A DNA stretch of 64,000 nucleotides, taken from an uncultured Candidatus Binatia bacterium (GTDB lineage Bacteria > Desulfobacterota > Binatia > Bin18). Each line of letters starts with the position of its first letter. Within the stretch, counting starts at the first letter, position 1. The translations under genes and the position numbers were made by a program. The stretch is from positions 2,982,735 to 3,046,734 of the forward strand of contig OZ241351.1 in NCBI GenBank assembly GCA_965200355.1. Reading direction: 5' to 3'. Under the pieces are notes generated by a model, which saw only the letters and a list, made by a program, of their open reading frames with translations, did not search any database and had not been told where the DNA came from. Below are positions 17,626 through 26,503 of this stretch, piece after piece.

Positions 17626-19038
17626 CTAGGCGGTCACCAGGTGATCAATGACGCGGTAGAGCTGATTGAGGTTCCGACACTCTTCAACCAAGTCACAATA
17701 CGGCGCGTAGCGGTCCATCTCACTATCTCCAAATCCCCACGTCAGCCGGCTTTCGGGGTTCAGCCAGATCACCTGTTTGGCTTTCTGTTGCAGGTCCCGA
17801 ATGACCCAGTCGTGCGGCAGATTATAATTATTGCGGGCATCGCCCAGTACCAGGACGGTGGTCCGCTTGTTGATGATCGAGAGATGATCCCGATGAAACG
17901 TCTTAAACGCTCGACCAAAGTCAGAATGGGCGTAAATGTTAATAAAATTGCCGCGTAAGGCCAAATCAATGGCTTGGTGGACTTCGTTGTCCTCAAACAG
18001 CTTGGTCACATCGCCGATGTCCGCCACAAAAATAAAGCTGCGGACTTTGGAGTAGAGGTCCTGCACGGAGTAGACAAACTGCAACATAAAGCGTGACACA
18101 TTGCGTACCGAGTCGGACACATCGCACAGAATGACCACTTGTGGTTTTTCTTTCTTTTTCACATCCAGAATGATGTGAAATGGCACGCCGCCGTATTGGA
18201 GATTTTTTCGGAGGGTGCGCTGTAAATCTAACCGCCCCCGTTTGGCCCGTTTGCGCCGAATGGCAATAATATGTTTCAGACGCTGGGCGAGCTTGGTGAC
18301 CGCCTCTTTCATTTTGCGGATTTCGTCCTCAGACAGGTAATAAAAACTCTTGTCGGCTAAGCTCCGCATCTTTTGCTGATCGCGCAGTTCCGAGTCTTTT
18401 TTCTCCAACTCAGCCCGGACATAGCTACGGATCATATGCGCCAAGTCTTGGAGGCGCTGGTCAATATAGTGGGACAATTGTTCGATTTGTTCCGGGCTCA
18501 AACCCGCCTGTTGCAAGGCATCCTTGAAGGTTTGTAATTCCTGCTGGATATTGCCAAAGCCCATCATCTGGGCAAGCGCATTCGCAAACTGCCCTTCTTG
18601 AAAAGAGCGCTGAATGTCCTGGAGATTTGCCTGCTGCGCCGCCTCTTGAAGCATTTTTTCAAGTTGTCCGGTATTATTGGTCAGCAAGGCGCGGGCTAAG
18701 TCTGACATTTCCTGGCCCATGTTCTGCAAGGCGTCTTCGAGCTGTTCGAGGAAAGCTTGAAACTCTTCCTCGGTCATGTCCATCGCCTGCATGGTGGAGG
18801 CGGCCGCGGCCTTGATCACTTCGCCAAGGCCAGTAAAGAACATGTCGAAGAGTTCGTCATAGACGGAGATATCGACCTGGCGTTTGACAAAAGTCGCGCG
18901 CAACGTATCTTTCAGTAATTGTTTATCCCGGATCCCAACCAGCCCCAGAGCAGCAAAGGTATCCATGTTTTCCGCCGCAGAGACTTTCAGGCCGTTCTCT
19001 CGCAGCAAGTGGGCGAATTCAATAATTTTGTCGTCCAT
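17626..19038 (-). CDS. VWA domain protein, CoxE-like
   Basis: CoxE-type N-terminus (IIEFAHLLRENGLKVS). MIDAS-like VVILCDVSDSV in the C-terminal VWA domain. Confidence 0.7.
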   Translation of the reverse strand: MDDKIIEFAHLLRENGLKVSAAENMDTFAALGLVGIRDKQLLKDTLRATFVKRQVDISVYDELFDMFFTGLGEVIKAAAASTMQAMDMTEEEFQAFLEQLEDALQNMGQEMSDLARALLTNNTGQLEKMLQEAAQQANLQDIQRSFQEGQFANALAQMMGFGNIQQELQTFKDALQQAGLSPEQIEQLSHYIDQRLQDLAHMIRSYVRAELEKKDSELRDQQKMRSLADKSFYYLSEDEIRKMKEAVTKLAQRLKHIIAIRRKRAKRGRLDLQRTLRKNLQYGGVPFHIILDVKKKEKPQVVILCDVSDSVRNVSRFMLQFVYSVQDLYSKVRSFIFVADIGDVTKLFEDNEVHQAIDLALRGNFINIYAHSDFGRAFKTFHRDHLSIINKRTTVLVLGDARNNYNLPHDWVIRDLQQKAKQVIWLNPESRLTWGFGDSEMDRYAPYCDLVEECRNLNQLYRVIDHLVTA

Positions 19039-19058
19039 ACAGCCTCACGCGGGCCCAT

Positions 19059-20030
19059 TTAGTGCAGGAGGTCTTTGTCGCCCTGTTCCTGGTTCGTCGC
19101 CTGTGTCTCGACCTTGGCCTTCTGACGGCTGATATATTCCTTTAACTCCGCCTCTGCCTTTCGCACATCTCCTTCATATTTCAGAATCGTATTCAGGGTC
19201 TCGTTCACCTGAGACTCTTCAAGCCGATGCACATTGAGCAAGGTCAGCGCTTTTGCCCAGTCCAGGGTTTCGCTAATACTGGGCACCTTTTTCAGGTCAA
19301 GTTTGCGGATCGACTGGACGACTTCCACCACCTGATTGGCGAGCTGGGTGGCGATCCCCGGGACCTTGAGCTTGACAATTTGGAGTTCCTGCTCCTGGTT
19401 CGGGAAGTCTATGAAGAGATGCAGGCAGCGCCGTTTGAGCGCATCTGACATCTCACGCGCATTATTACTGGTCAAGACCACCACCGGGAGATGCTGGGCT
19501 TGAATCGTTCCCAACTCGGGCACACTCACCTGAAAATCGCTCAAAACTTCAAGCAAAAAGGCCTCGAACTCACTGTCCGATTTATCGATCTCGTCAATGA
19601 GTAAGACCAGCGGATGGTCAGCCGATATCGCCTGCAACAAGGGACGGGGCAGAATAAAGCGTTCTGAGAAGAAAACGCTGTCCTGCTTACCGATGCGCTC
19701 AACCGCTTCCTTCAATGTTGTCGTGCCTTCCAAGACCTCACTGATTTTGTCCTTGAGTATCTGCGTATAGAGCAGCTGTTTGGCATACTCCCACTCGTAG
19801 AGGGCTTTCGCCTCATCCAGCCCTTCGTAGCACTGGAGGCGTAATAATTCACAGTCCATCGCCCCAGCCACGACTTTGGCGAGTTCTGTTTTCCCGACAC
19901 CAGCCGGCCCTTCGACTAAGATTGGCTTACGGAGTTGGCTGGCTAAATACACAACCGTCGCGATTTGGCGACTACAAATATATTTTTGGTCTGAGAGTCT
20001 CGAAACAACGTCGTCAACAGATTCGAACAT
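19059..20030 (-). CDS. MoxR-like AAA+ ATPase (CoxD-like)
   Basis: Walker A ILVEGPAGVGKTELAK and Walker B LVLLIDEIDK. Length and layout fit the MoxR family. Confidence 0.8.
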   Translation of the reverse strand: MFESVDDVVSRLSDQKYICSRQIATVVYLASQLRKPILVEGPAGVGKTELAKVVAGAMDCELLRLQCYEGLDEAKALYEWEYAKQLLYTQILKDKISEVLEGTTTLKEAVERIGKQDSVFFSERFILPRPLLQAISADHPLVLLIDEIDKSDSEFEAFLLEVLSDFQVSVPELGTIQAQHLPVVVLTSNNAREMSDALKRRCLHLFIDFPNQEQELQIVKLKVPGIATQLANQVVEVVQSIRKLDLKKVPSISETLDWAKALTLLNVHRLEESQVNETLNTILKYEGDVRKAEAELKEYISRQKAKVETQATNQEQGDKDLLH

Positions 20031-20147
20031 TCTTCCTCCTCGGTGCAGACATGCTGGCAGACCTTATCACAGGGGGAGCTGAAACACAATGTGAACCCCC
20101 TTTCCCTCTTGCGACGCCTCGTTCCCCGGCCTATACTGCCTCGCGCG

Positions 20148-20948
20148 ATGTGCACGCTCGCCTTATATTTTCACCTCTTTCCTGACTATCCTCTCGTGGT
20201 CGCGGCAAACCGGGATGAAGCATTGAATCGCCCCTCCACTGCTCCGGTCGTACTTCAGAGCACCCCTTTGATCTTTGGTGGGAAGGACCTGGTTGCCGGA
20301 GGAACCTGGCTGGGCGTCAACGAATATGGACTGGTGGCTGGTATGTTAAACCGGCACACGCTGCAACCGGCTGACCCGCGCCGACGTTCGCGGGGCCTGC
20401 TCAGCCTGAACGCCCTTCAGGCGATGTCTGCCCGGCAGGCTGCCACGTCCGTTCAGCGTCAACCCGCGGACCGCTACAACCCCTTCAATCTCCTCTTGGT
20501 TGATAGCCGAACCGCCTATGTCGTCTCCCCAGTTGGGCAAGCCATTCGCGTGCAACAGCTCGACCCTGGAGTTCATCTCTTGACCAATATGAATCTCAAT
20601 GACCCCGAATGTCCCAAAATTGCCCACTCTTTTCAGCATTTCCAGACTGTGGCCGAAAAAATGGCCACCCCGGATCGGTCTTTTTCTCTCGCCGAGCTTT
20701 TTCGCCTCCTCCAGGCGCGCCTGGCAGACCACGCCACGCCGCTTGACCCGCGCACGGAAGACCCGCGCAACGGCTTGTGTGTCCACCTTGACGGCTATGG
20801 CACCTGCTCTTCAACTCTCCTTGCATATTCTGCTCGACAGCGGCGATTTATCTATCATTTTGCCCCTGGCGCTCCATGCCAGACCGCTTATAGTGCCGTC
20901 TCGGTTCCATCAGGCCCCCGAGCCAGCCAACCACCGTCAACCACGTAG
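20148..20948 (+). CDS. NRDE family protein (DUF833/TANGO2-like)
   Basis: Start trimmed to MCTLALYFHLFPDYPLVVAANRDE. Confidence 0.7.
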   Translation: MCTLALYFHLFPDYPLVVAANRDEALNRPSTAPVVLQSTPLIFGGKDLVAGGTWLGVNEYGLVAGMLNRHTLQPADPRRRSRGLLSLNALQAMSARQAATSVQRQPADRYNPFNLLLVDSRTAYVVSPVGQAIRVQQLDPGVHLLTNMNLNDPECPKIAHSFQHFQTVAEKMATPDRSFSLAELFRLLQARLADHATPLDPRTEDPRNGLCVHLDGYGTCSSTLLAYSARQRRFIYHFAPGAPCQTAYSAVSVPSGPRASQPPSTT

Positions 20949-21643
20949 CTGGCACCGGTTATAAAGTCCCCCGATTCCAGCAGAAAGCGGACTGCGCGCG
21001 CAATGTCGCGCGGGCTCCCCAAGCGTTGCAGCGGCGTGCGCGCACGAAGCTTTTCTTGCTGGCCTGGGCCATAGTCTTCAGGCAGCAAGACCGGTCCGGG
21101 GGCAACTTCGTTGACCTGAACATATGGAGCAAACGCCTTGGCGAGGGCCTGCGTCAGCGCAGATACCCCGGCCTTGGATACGCAATAGGGCAGCAAGCTT
21201 CGACTCGGTCGCTGGCCACTCCAATCGCCAAGAAAAACAATCTTCCCCTGCCCCCGTTGATACATCTGTCTGCCGATGAGTACCGAGAGGAAGAAGGGCG
21301 CTGATATATTCGTCTGACGGAAAGTGCGCCACTCCTGCGCACGCAAAGTCGCCAGAGGAGTCGGAAAGAACACGGCGGCGTTATTGATGAGAATGTCGAT
21401 TTTCCCTGCTTTTTCCAGCGCTTCGTGGGCGATACGGTGGACGTCGCGGCGATTTGCCAAATCACCCCGGACAATCCATACCTGGCGGCCACATTGCTGC
21501 ACGGCCTGTCGCGTCTCCTCTCCTGACGACGTATGGACGTGCAGGATCACATCCGCTCCTCCTTGCGCCACAGCAACCGCAATATCTCGCCCTATCCGAC
21601 GGCCCGCCCCTGTCACCAGCGCGAGAGCACCCTGCAACTGCAT
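20888..21643 (-). CDS. Short-chain dehydrogenase/reductase, pteridine-reductase-like (TGxxRRIG)
   Basis: ALVTGAGRRIGRDIA cofactor motif. YCVSKAG catalytic Y-x3-K. Confidence 0.7.
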   Translation of the reverse strand: MQLQGALALVTGAGRRIGRDIAVAVAQGGADVILHVHTSSGEETRQAVQQCGRQVWIVRGDLANRRDVHRIAHEALEKAGKIDILINNAAVFFPTPLATLRAQEWRTFRQTNISAPFFLSVLIGRQMYQRGQGKIVFLGDWSGQRPSRSLLPYCVSKAGVSALTQALAKAFAPYVQVNEVAPGPVLLPEDYGPGQQEKLRARTPLQRLGSPRDIARAVRFLLESGDFITGASYVVDGGWLARGPDGTETAL

Positions 21644-21646
21644 ATG

Positions 21647-23176
21647 TTATCCTTTTCGTTCCGGTACCGTGAGTGGAATGGCAACCGTAAAGGTCGCCCC
21701 GCCCGCGCTATTATTCTGCACAGAGATCGTCCCATGATGGAGTTCGATAATTTTTTGCGCGAAGGCGAGGCCCAAGCCAGAGCCTGTTTTCTTGGTGGAA
21801 ACAAAGGGGGAAAATATCTGTTCGCCCACGCCTTCCGGCAGACCGACGCCCGTATCTTGAATGGTGATCTGCATATGCTCCTGTGCCTGCCGCGTCCGAA
21901 TCGTAATCCGTCCATCCCGAGATGAGGCTTCCAGGGCATTCGTCAAAAGGTTCAAAATGGCCTGCTTGAGCTTGATGCGATCAAAGGGCACGCCAGGTTC
22001 ATCGCTCTGCGTGTCCATCTCATAGTGCAGGGTCACTCCTCGCGCCCGGGCCGCCTCGTGCATTTCTCGCCCCGCCTCGTGCAGGAGTTTGCTCACGCTC
22101 CCAGGCTCACGATGGATGGCAAAGTCACGGGAAAAGACCAGCAGGTCAGACAGCGTGGTGTTCAAGTCTGTAATGGCCGCATCGAGTTGGTTGACCCGGT
22201 GGGACGCCTCGTCCAAGGTCTCGCGGGTAGGCAGCTGTGTATCCTCGAGTGTGTCTTGCAAGAGGTCACACTGAAGACCCAGGAGACCGATTTTTTGGAG
22301 GATTTGGTGCGAGATCGTCGACGACATATGGCCGATTGCCGCCATACGTTCGCTTCTCGCCATATCGACATTCATCAACTGAAGTTGCGTATTTTGCCGC
22401 TCAATTTCTTTTTTGCGGAGCGTGAGCGTCCGCATGAGCACATGGGCAGCCCCAACGGGAATGGCGCTCAAATACAGCCCGGCCCCCCCAAAGGTATTGA
22501 CGCCAAGAATCATGATCGCGCTATACGGGGTGACCAGCAACAGCCCGGCCATCATCAGCGTCGGGAAATTGCTGGCAAAATCGAGCCCGGACGTATACAG
22601 GGTCCCATACCGCGCACGATGCTGTAAGCCATAGCCAAGGGCAAAAACAGCCCAGCCGCCTGCTTCACTCAGTATGAATCGGGCCAGTTCTTCAAATTCC
22701 CCGATATGAATGGGAATGCGGCCACCGCTTGAACGGTAGATAACATAGCGGCAAAAGAGCGAGATTTGCAGCAGCGCGCACAGTTCAAGAATCCGTCGGA
22801 CTGGACGGGCATCCTCTCGTACGGTCTGGGGCACGGTATCCACGCCCCACCATCGCACCACATACGCGAGAGGCAGGCTGAGCAGTATTGAGCCGAGGAG
22901 TAAGGGCAGGGCAAACAGCCCTACCGTGTACAGCAGCGCACTCGTGACCACAAAGAGGAGGAGAGACAGGAACCAGTCTTGTCCCATCTCAACCCGCAAC
23001 AGCACGCTTATACACAGCAGCGGCACGAACGCCTGGTACAGATCAAGATAACCAAGATTAAAGGCGGCGAAACCACTCGCTGCAAACAGGAGACCGAACA
23101 GGCCGCCGGCCGTCCCGGCTTGCAGTGTCCTGAGCCCTCGTTCGTCGCTCATCACTCCCGTCCCGTCAGAAACCAA
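21647..23176 (-). CDS. Sensor histidine kinase with polytopic membrane N-terminal domain
   Basis: About 250 aa of TM helices. H-box-like AAIGHMSSTISHQILQ. HATPase_c motifs (NLLTNALEAS, DTGVGLP, GSGLGLAFAQ). Confidence 0.8.
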   Translation of the reverse strand: MVSDGTGVMSDERGLRTLQAGTAGGLFGLLFAASGFAAFNLGYLDLYQAFVPLLCISVLLRVEMGQDWFLSLLLFVVTSALLYTVGLFALPLLLGSILLSLPLAYVVRWWGVDTVPQTVREDARPVRRILELCALLQISLFCRYVIYRSSGGRIPIHIGEFEELARFILSEAGGWAVFALGYGLQHRARYGTLYTSGLDFASNFPTLMMAGLLLVTPYSAIMILGVNTFGGAGLYLSAIPVGAAHVLMRTLTLRKKEIERQNTQLQLMNVDMARSERMAAIGHMSSTISHQILQKIGLLGLQCDLLQDTLEDTQLPTRETLDEASHRVNQLDAAITDLNTTLSDLLVFSRDFAIHREPGSVSKLLHEAGREMHEAARARGVTLHYEMDTQSDEPGVPFDRIKLKQAILNLLTNALEASSRDGRITIRTRQAQEHMQITIQDTGVGLPEGVGEQIFSPFVSTKKTGSGLGLAFAQKIIELHHGTISVQNNSAGGATFTVAIPLTVPERKG

Positions 23177-24606
23177 TCAAGCCACGGGACACGTCGGAAG
23201 AGGAGAAAGCCGTATTCGAGGTTTGCAGAGTTAAAGTCGGAGGCATTCAGCGAGACATTAAAACGGAGGTCCTGAAATCCGTACCGGGTCTCCAGTTGGT
23301 TGTTCCAATCGTAGGCTTCTTGTTTGACCGGCACTCGATGGACAATGTCCCAATGCAGCACGATCCGATAATAGGGATGGGTCCGCCATTGACTATTGGG
23401 GAAGACAAACTCCAAGACGTAGCAGGGGCGTCCGTCGTGCTCTTGAATACCGCGAAACTGCACCTCTAATTCGCTCTGTAGCCAGCCTTGTAAAAGCTGT
23501 GTCTGCAACCGTTCGACAACCTGACCAAACCCGAACTCTTGCAGCGAATAGTGCAATTCTCGTCGCATCCATGAGCCGTCCGGGACCAAGTCACCAATGA
23601 TCGGGAGACCGAACAGCGAGGTGCGGACCCGGACCCGCCCCCTATTCCAACCGGCTCGAAAGAGTGCTTCCTTGCGTCTGCCGCTTTCCTGTTGCCACGC
23701 GATATACACATCTAACGGTTTCCGAAACTTGAATCTCGCCGTCCGGCGGCTCAGTTGCTCCCCGCGACGCGCTTCAGTCACCCATACCCCAGTATAGTCC
23801 TGGATTTCGCCTGCACGGCGCAGCCAGTTTTGGGTAAATCCGCGGACATCCAGGTCGGTCCCCGGCCGGAACAGGCTCGGGTCCCCAGACGTGGGCGAGG
23901 CGCGCTCAAAGACTTGGCGTAAAATACCCGTATTGACCTGGAGGTCTATATACGCCAAGCGCTGGCGTACTTCTCCTGAGGCCCCTCGCAGTAAGAGTTC
24001 GAGCGGCAAGCCTGTACCCCGCTCAATGACAAATTCATATGTCGTGACCGTATTGTCACGAAAGGGAATGAGGAAAGCCGGCACTGACAGAATCACGCGC
24101 CCTTCGGCCACTTGTGGGTCTCCTGGCTGAAGCCCGACAAGCTGGAGGCTCCGGTCAGCGCTGGGCCGTTGAGAGAGGGCCCTCAGGGCGTATAACCACG
24201 CGTTCACATCCTTGAGGGCTGGAGCAAAAGGGTCACTAATTTCCGTAGAGGGAATACTGACCCGGACATAATCAAACCAGCCGCCAAGTCTGATAAAAAT
24301 TGTTCCCAGAGCCCGGGTTGGCCTGGTGAGCAGGGTGGTCCCACGGTATAGGCCCGATTGCCATTGCATGAGCAGGGAAGAGGGCTTCCGAAAGGTGACG
24401 GCAATCTCATGCTGCCGATGGACCCCGCCCTTTTCCCAGACCTCGTGCCGTAGTATACCGCGATAATCGACAAGGCGGTGATAGGCCGCTTGACACTCGG
24501 CCAGGATTTCCTGCACCGGCGTCTCTACGGCTTCGGCCCCGGCGTCTCTTGGGAGAAACAGACCTAGAGAGAGCACGGACAGCGTCGCCAGGGTCAGCCG
24601 CGTCAT
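23152..24606 (-). CDS. Secreted hypothetical protein, two DUF1571/LolA-like modules (tentative)
   Basis: Signal peptide MTRLTLATLSVLSLGLFLPRDAGA. Two similar halves (VTFRKPSSLLMQWQSGLYRG and FKFRKPLDVYIAWQQESGRR). Confidence 0.4.
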   Translation of the reverse strand: MTRLTLATLSVLSLGLFLPRDAGAEAVETPVQEILAECQAAYHRLVDYRGILRHEVWEKGGVHRQHEIAVTFRKPSSLLMQWQSGLYRGTTLLTRPTRALGTIFIRLGGWFDYVRVSIPSTEISDPFAPALKDVNAWLYALRALSQRPSADRSLQLVGLQPGDPQVAEGRVILSVPAFLIPFRDNTVTTYEFVIERGTGLPLELLLRGASGEVRQRLAYIDLQVNTGILRQVFERASPTSGDPSLFRPGTDLDVRGFTQNWLRRAGEIQDYTGVWVTEARRGEQLSRRTARFKFRKPLDVYIAWQQESGRRKEALFRAGWNRGRVRVRTSLFGLPIIGDLVPDGSWMRRELHYSLQEFGFGQVVERLQTQLLQGWLQSELEVQFRGIQEHDGRPCYVLEFVFPNSQWRTHPYYRIVLHWDIVHRVPVKQEAYDWNNQLETRYGFQDLRFNVSLNASDFNSANLEYGFLLFRRVPWLDWFLTGRE

Positions 24607-24608
24607 TC

Positions 24609-25415
24609 CTATCCCAAACCGGCTTTCAGTGCCAGCACCGCCGCTTTCGTCCGGTCGTTCACCTGCAACTTGCGAAAAATACTCGCCAGGTGCATCTTGA
24701 CCGTGAGTTCACTAATAAAGAGTTGCTGACTGATTTCTTTATTCGAGGCGCCGGTTGCCACTGAGCGTAATACTTCTTCCTCTCGATTCGTGAGAGTTTG
24801 GACCAGGCGTCTCAGTTCTTCAACTTCTTGATCCCGCTGGAACTCGTGCAAGAATTTACTGGCTAAGTCAGGATTCAAAAACACCTCTCCATCTGCGACC
24901 CTGCGCAGGGTTTCAAGAATCTCTTTCGAGCGGGTGTTTTTGAGCAGGTATCCAACAGCCCCAACCTTCAGGGCACGAAAGATAAGAGGCGGATTGTCAT
25001 AGCCGGTGAGCATGACCACTTTCGTTTCTGGTGACTGTTTGCGAACAAAAGCCGTCGCACTAATGCCATCCCCCTCGGGCAGCTCAAAGTCCATGAGAAT
25101 GACCTGAGGCTTTTCCTTTTCGAGGAGCTGCTCAAGATCGGCCACACTCTCTGCCACGCCGAGGAGTACGAAGTCAGGCTGTTTCCGAAATAGCTCCTGG
25201 AGACCGGAGAGAAAAATCGGGTGGTCATCAACAAGGATGATGGAGATTTTTCCACTTAAATGTTCGGCCGGCTTGGACCGTCGCTTCTTTTTTGTATCTT
25301 TGCTGAGACCCTGGCTCGCCATATTATCCCTATCCGAACCCGAAGCATAGGAATTCTCGCTCAGGGGGTCAAGAAACCACCTGCCCTTGAGAGATGTCGA
25401 TACGTCCGGCTTCAT
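24609..25415 (-). CDS. Response regulator, NarL/FixJ (LuxR HTH) family
   Basis: REC domain ILVDDHPIF...VILMDFELPEGDG. C-terminal LTNREEEVLRSVATGASNKEISQQLFISELTVKMHLASIFRKL. The N-terminal start is uncertain. Confidence 0.8.
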   Translation of the reverse strand: MKPDVSTSLKGRWFLDPLSENSYASGSDRDNMASQGLSKDTKKKRRSKPAEHLSGKISIILVDDHPIFLSGLQELFRKQPDFVLLGVAESVADLEQLLEKEKPQVILMDFELPEGDGISATAFVRKQSPETKVVMLTGYDNPPLIFRALKVGAVGYLLKNTRSKEILETLRRVADGEVFLNPDLASKFLHEFQRDQEVEELRRLVQTLTNREEEVLRSVATGASNKEISQQLFISELTVKMHLASIFRKLQVNDRTKAAVLALKAGLG

Positions 25416-25669
25416 TTTGTCTCGTTTAGAAATAAAAAGATATTTATAGATTTATTATATAAAAATAAAGTAATAATTAGATGGATATTTTCCATAAATT
25501 TATTAGATATACAGTAATATATGAGAGTCATATTTCATATACTAAATGTACAGTTTTACTAAGTAATATTTACTTAATATTTAGAGTAATATATTACTCA
25601 AAGAATAATATATTACTGTATCCACATCTGCCTTTTCCTGTGGATAATGGCTTGGGTAGGAGGTTGAAT
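25416..25669. promoter_or_regulatory. Extremely AT-rich divergent intergenic island with repeated AGTAATATATTACT-type palindromes
   Basis: Perfect 16-bp palindrome GAGTAATATATTACTC at 25584-25599. Related copies at 25469-25479, 25513-25524, 25561-25575 and 25604-25617. Composition contrasts sharply with the flanking genes. Confidence 0.6.
25618..25647. promoter_or_regulatory. Inverted pair of DnaA-box-like 9-mers
   Basis: GTATCCACA at 25618-25626 (8/9 to TTATCCACA) and TGTGGATAA at 25639-25647 (exact reverse complement of TTATCCACA), 12 nt apart, at the edge of the AT-rich tract. Confidence 0.35.
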
Positions 25670-26416
25670 ATGGAGAGTCTGCCACTTGAAGGGAAATCCA
25701 CTCGGGCAAAAAGTCCGAATGCTCCTTCTTACAGTCTCCAGGAATGTCTTGAGGATACGCGCAAGGTCTTTCGTATTGAAAACCAAGTCGCAACAAGTCG
25801 GGAGTCGATTGCAGAACACATTACGCTTGCTCCGCAATCTGGCCCTTTTAACAGAAAACTCAGCAGCCTACGCCAGTACGGCCTCCTTGAAGCTATTGGG
25901 AAAGATCTGCGGGTCAGCGATCTGTTCATCAGAATAGAACATGCGACAGGAGAGACGGAGCGCTGTCGGGCCTTACGTGAAGCTCTCGGCCGTCCAGCGG
26001 TTTTTCAAAGACTGCTGTCCCAATATGAGCAGACTGGCTTACCTTCCGATATCAATCTTACAAACCAGCTGATAATCAAACACAGATTCACTAAAAAGAA
26101 CGCCGAGGTCGTTTCTCGTGCATTCCTGGACTCCTCACGTTTCGCCGGCTTGGGTCTTTTCCGTCCTCACGCCACACCTTCCCCCCTCCCCCCTCAAGCG
26201 ACTCGGGCCCCCCTGGAAGAGACATTTCCTCCTCCCCTCCCTTCTCAGCCCGCTCTCCCTGCTTCTCGGACACGGACTGACGTTTCTCTCTGTAGACAGG
26301 AGATCCCACTCGGCACAGGTCGTCGGGCCGTCGTTGAGCTCCCTGAGGATATTAGACCTGAGGAAATTCAACGCCTGATGCGCATCTTGCAAGCCTTGGC
26401 CGACCCTATCGACTGA
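25670..26416 (+). CDS. Hypothetical protein (helical N-terminal domain, Pro-rich linker, small C-terminal domain)
   Basis: GGAGG upstream of ATG 25670. The AT-rich N-terminal extension of the listed ORF (25481) is rejected. No family recognised. Confidence 0.6.
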   Translation: MESLPLEGKSTRAKSPNAPSYSLQECLEDTRKVFRIENQVATSRESIAEHITLAPQSGPFNRKLSSLRQYGLLEAIGKDLRVSDLFIRIEHATGETERCRALREALGRPAVFQRLLSQYEQTGLPSDINLTNQLIIKHRFTKKNAEVVSRAFLDSSRFAGLGLFRPHATPSPLPPQATRAPLEETFPPPLPSQPALPASRTRTDVSLCRQEIPLGTGRRAVVELPEDIRPEEIQRLMRILQALADPID

Positions 26417-26503
26417 TAGTCCGCTGGCGAGCCGGTCTTTACTTCATCCCTATTCCACTCTAGCCTCTGGCATTGCATTTCATTCTCCCACCTCCTACGG
26501 GGC

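Noticed and set aside
25481-25669. N-terminal 63 codons of the listed 311-aa ORF, lying in the AT-rich island.
   Set aside because: The translation is Ile/Tyr/Asn/Lys-rich nonsense produced by the AT tract. A GGAGG-preceded ATG at 25670 starts the compositionally normal part.
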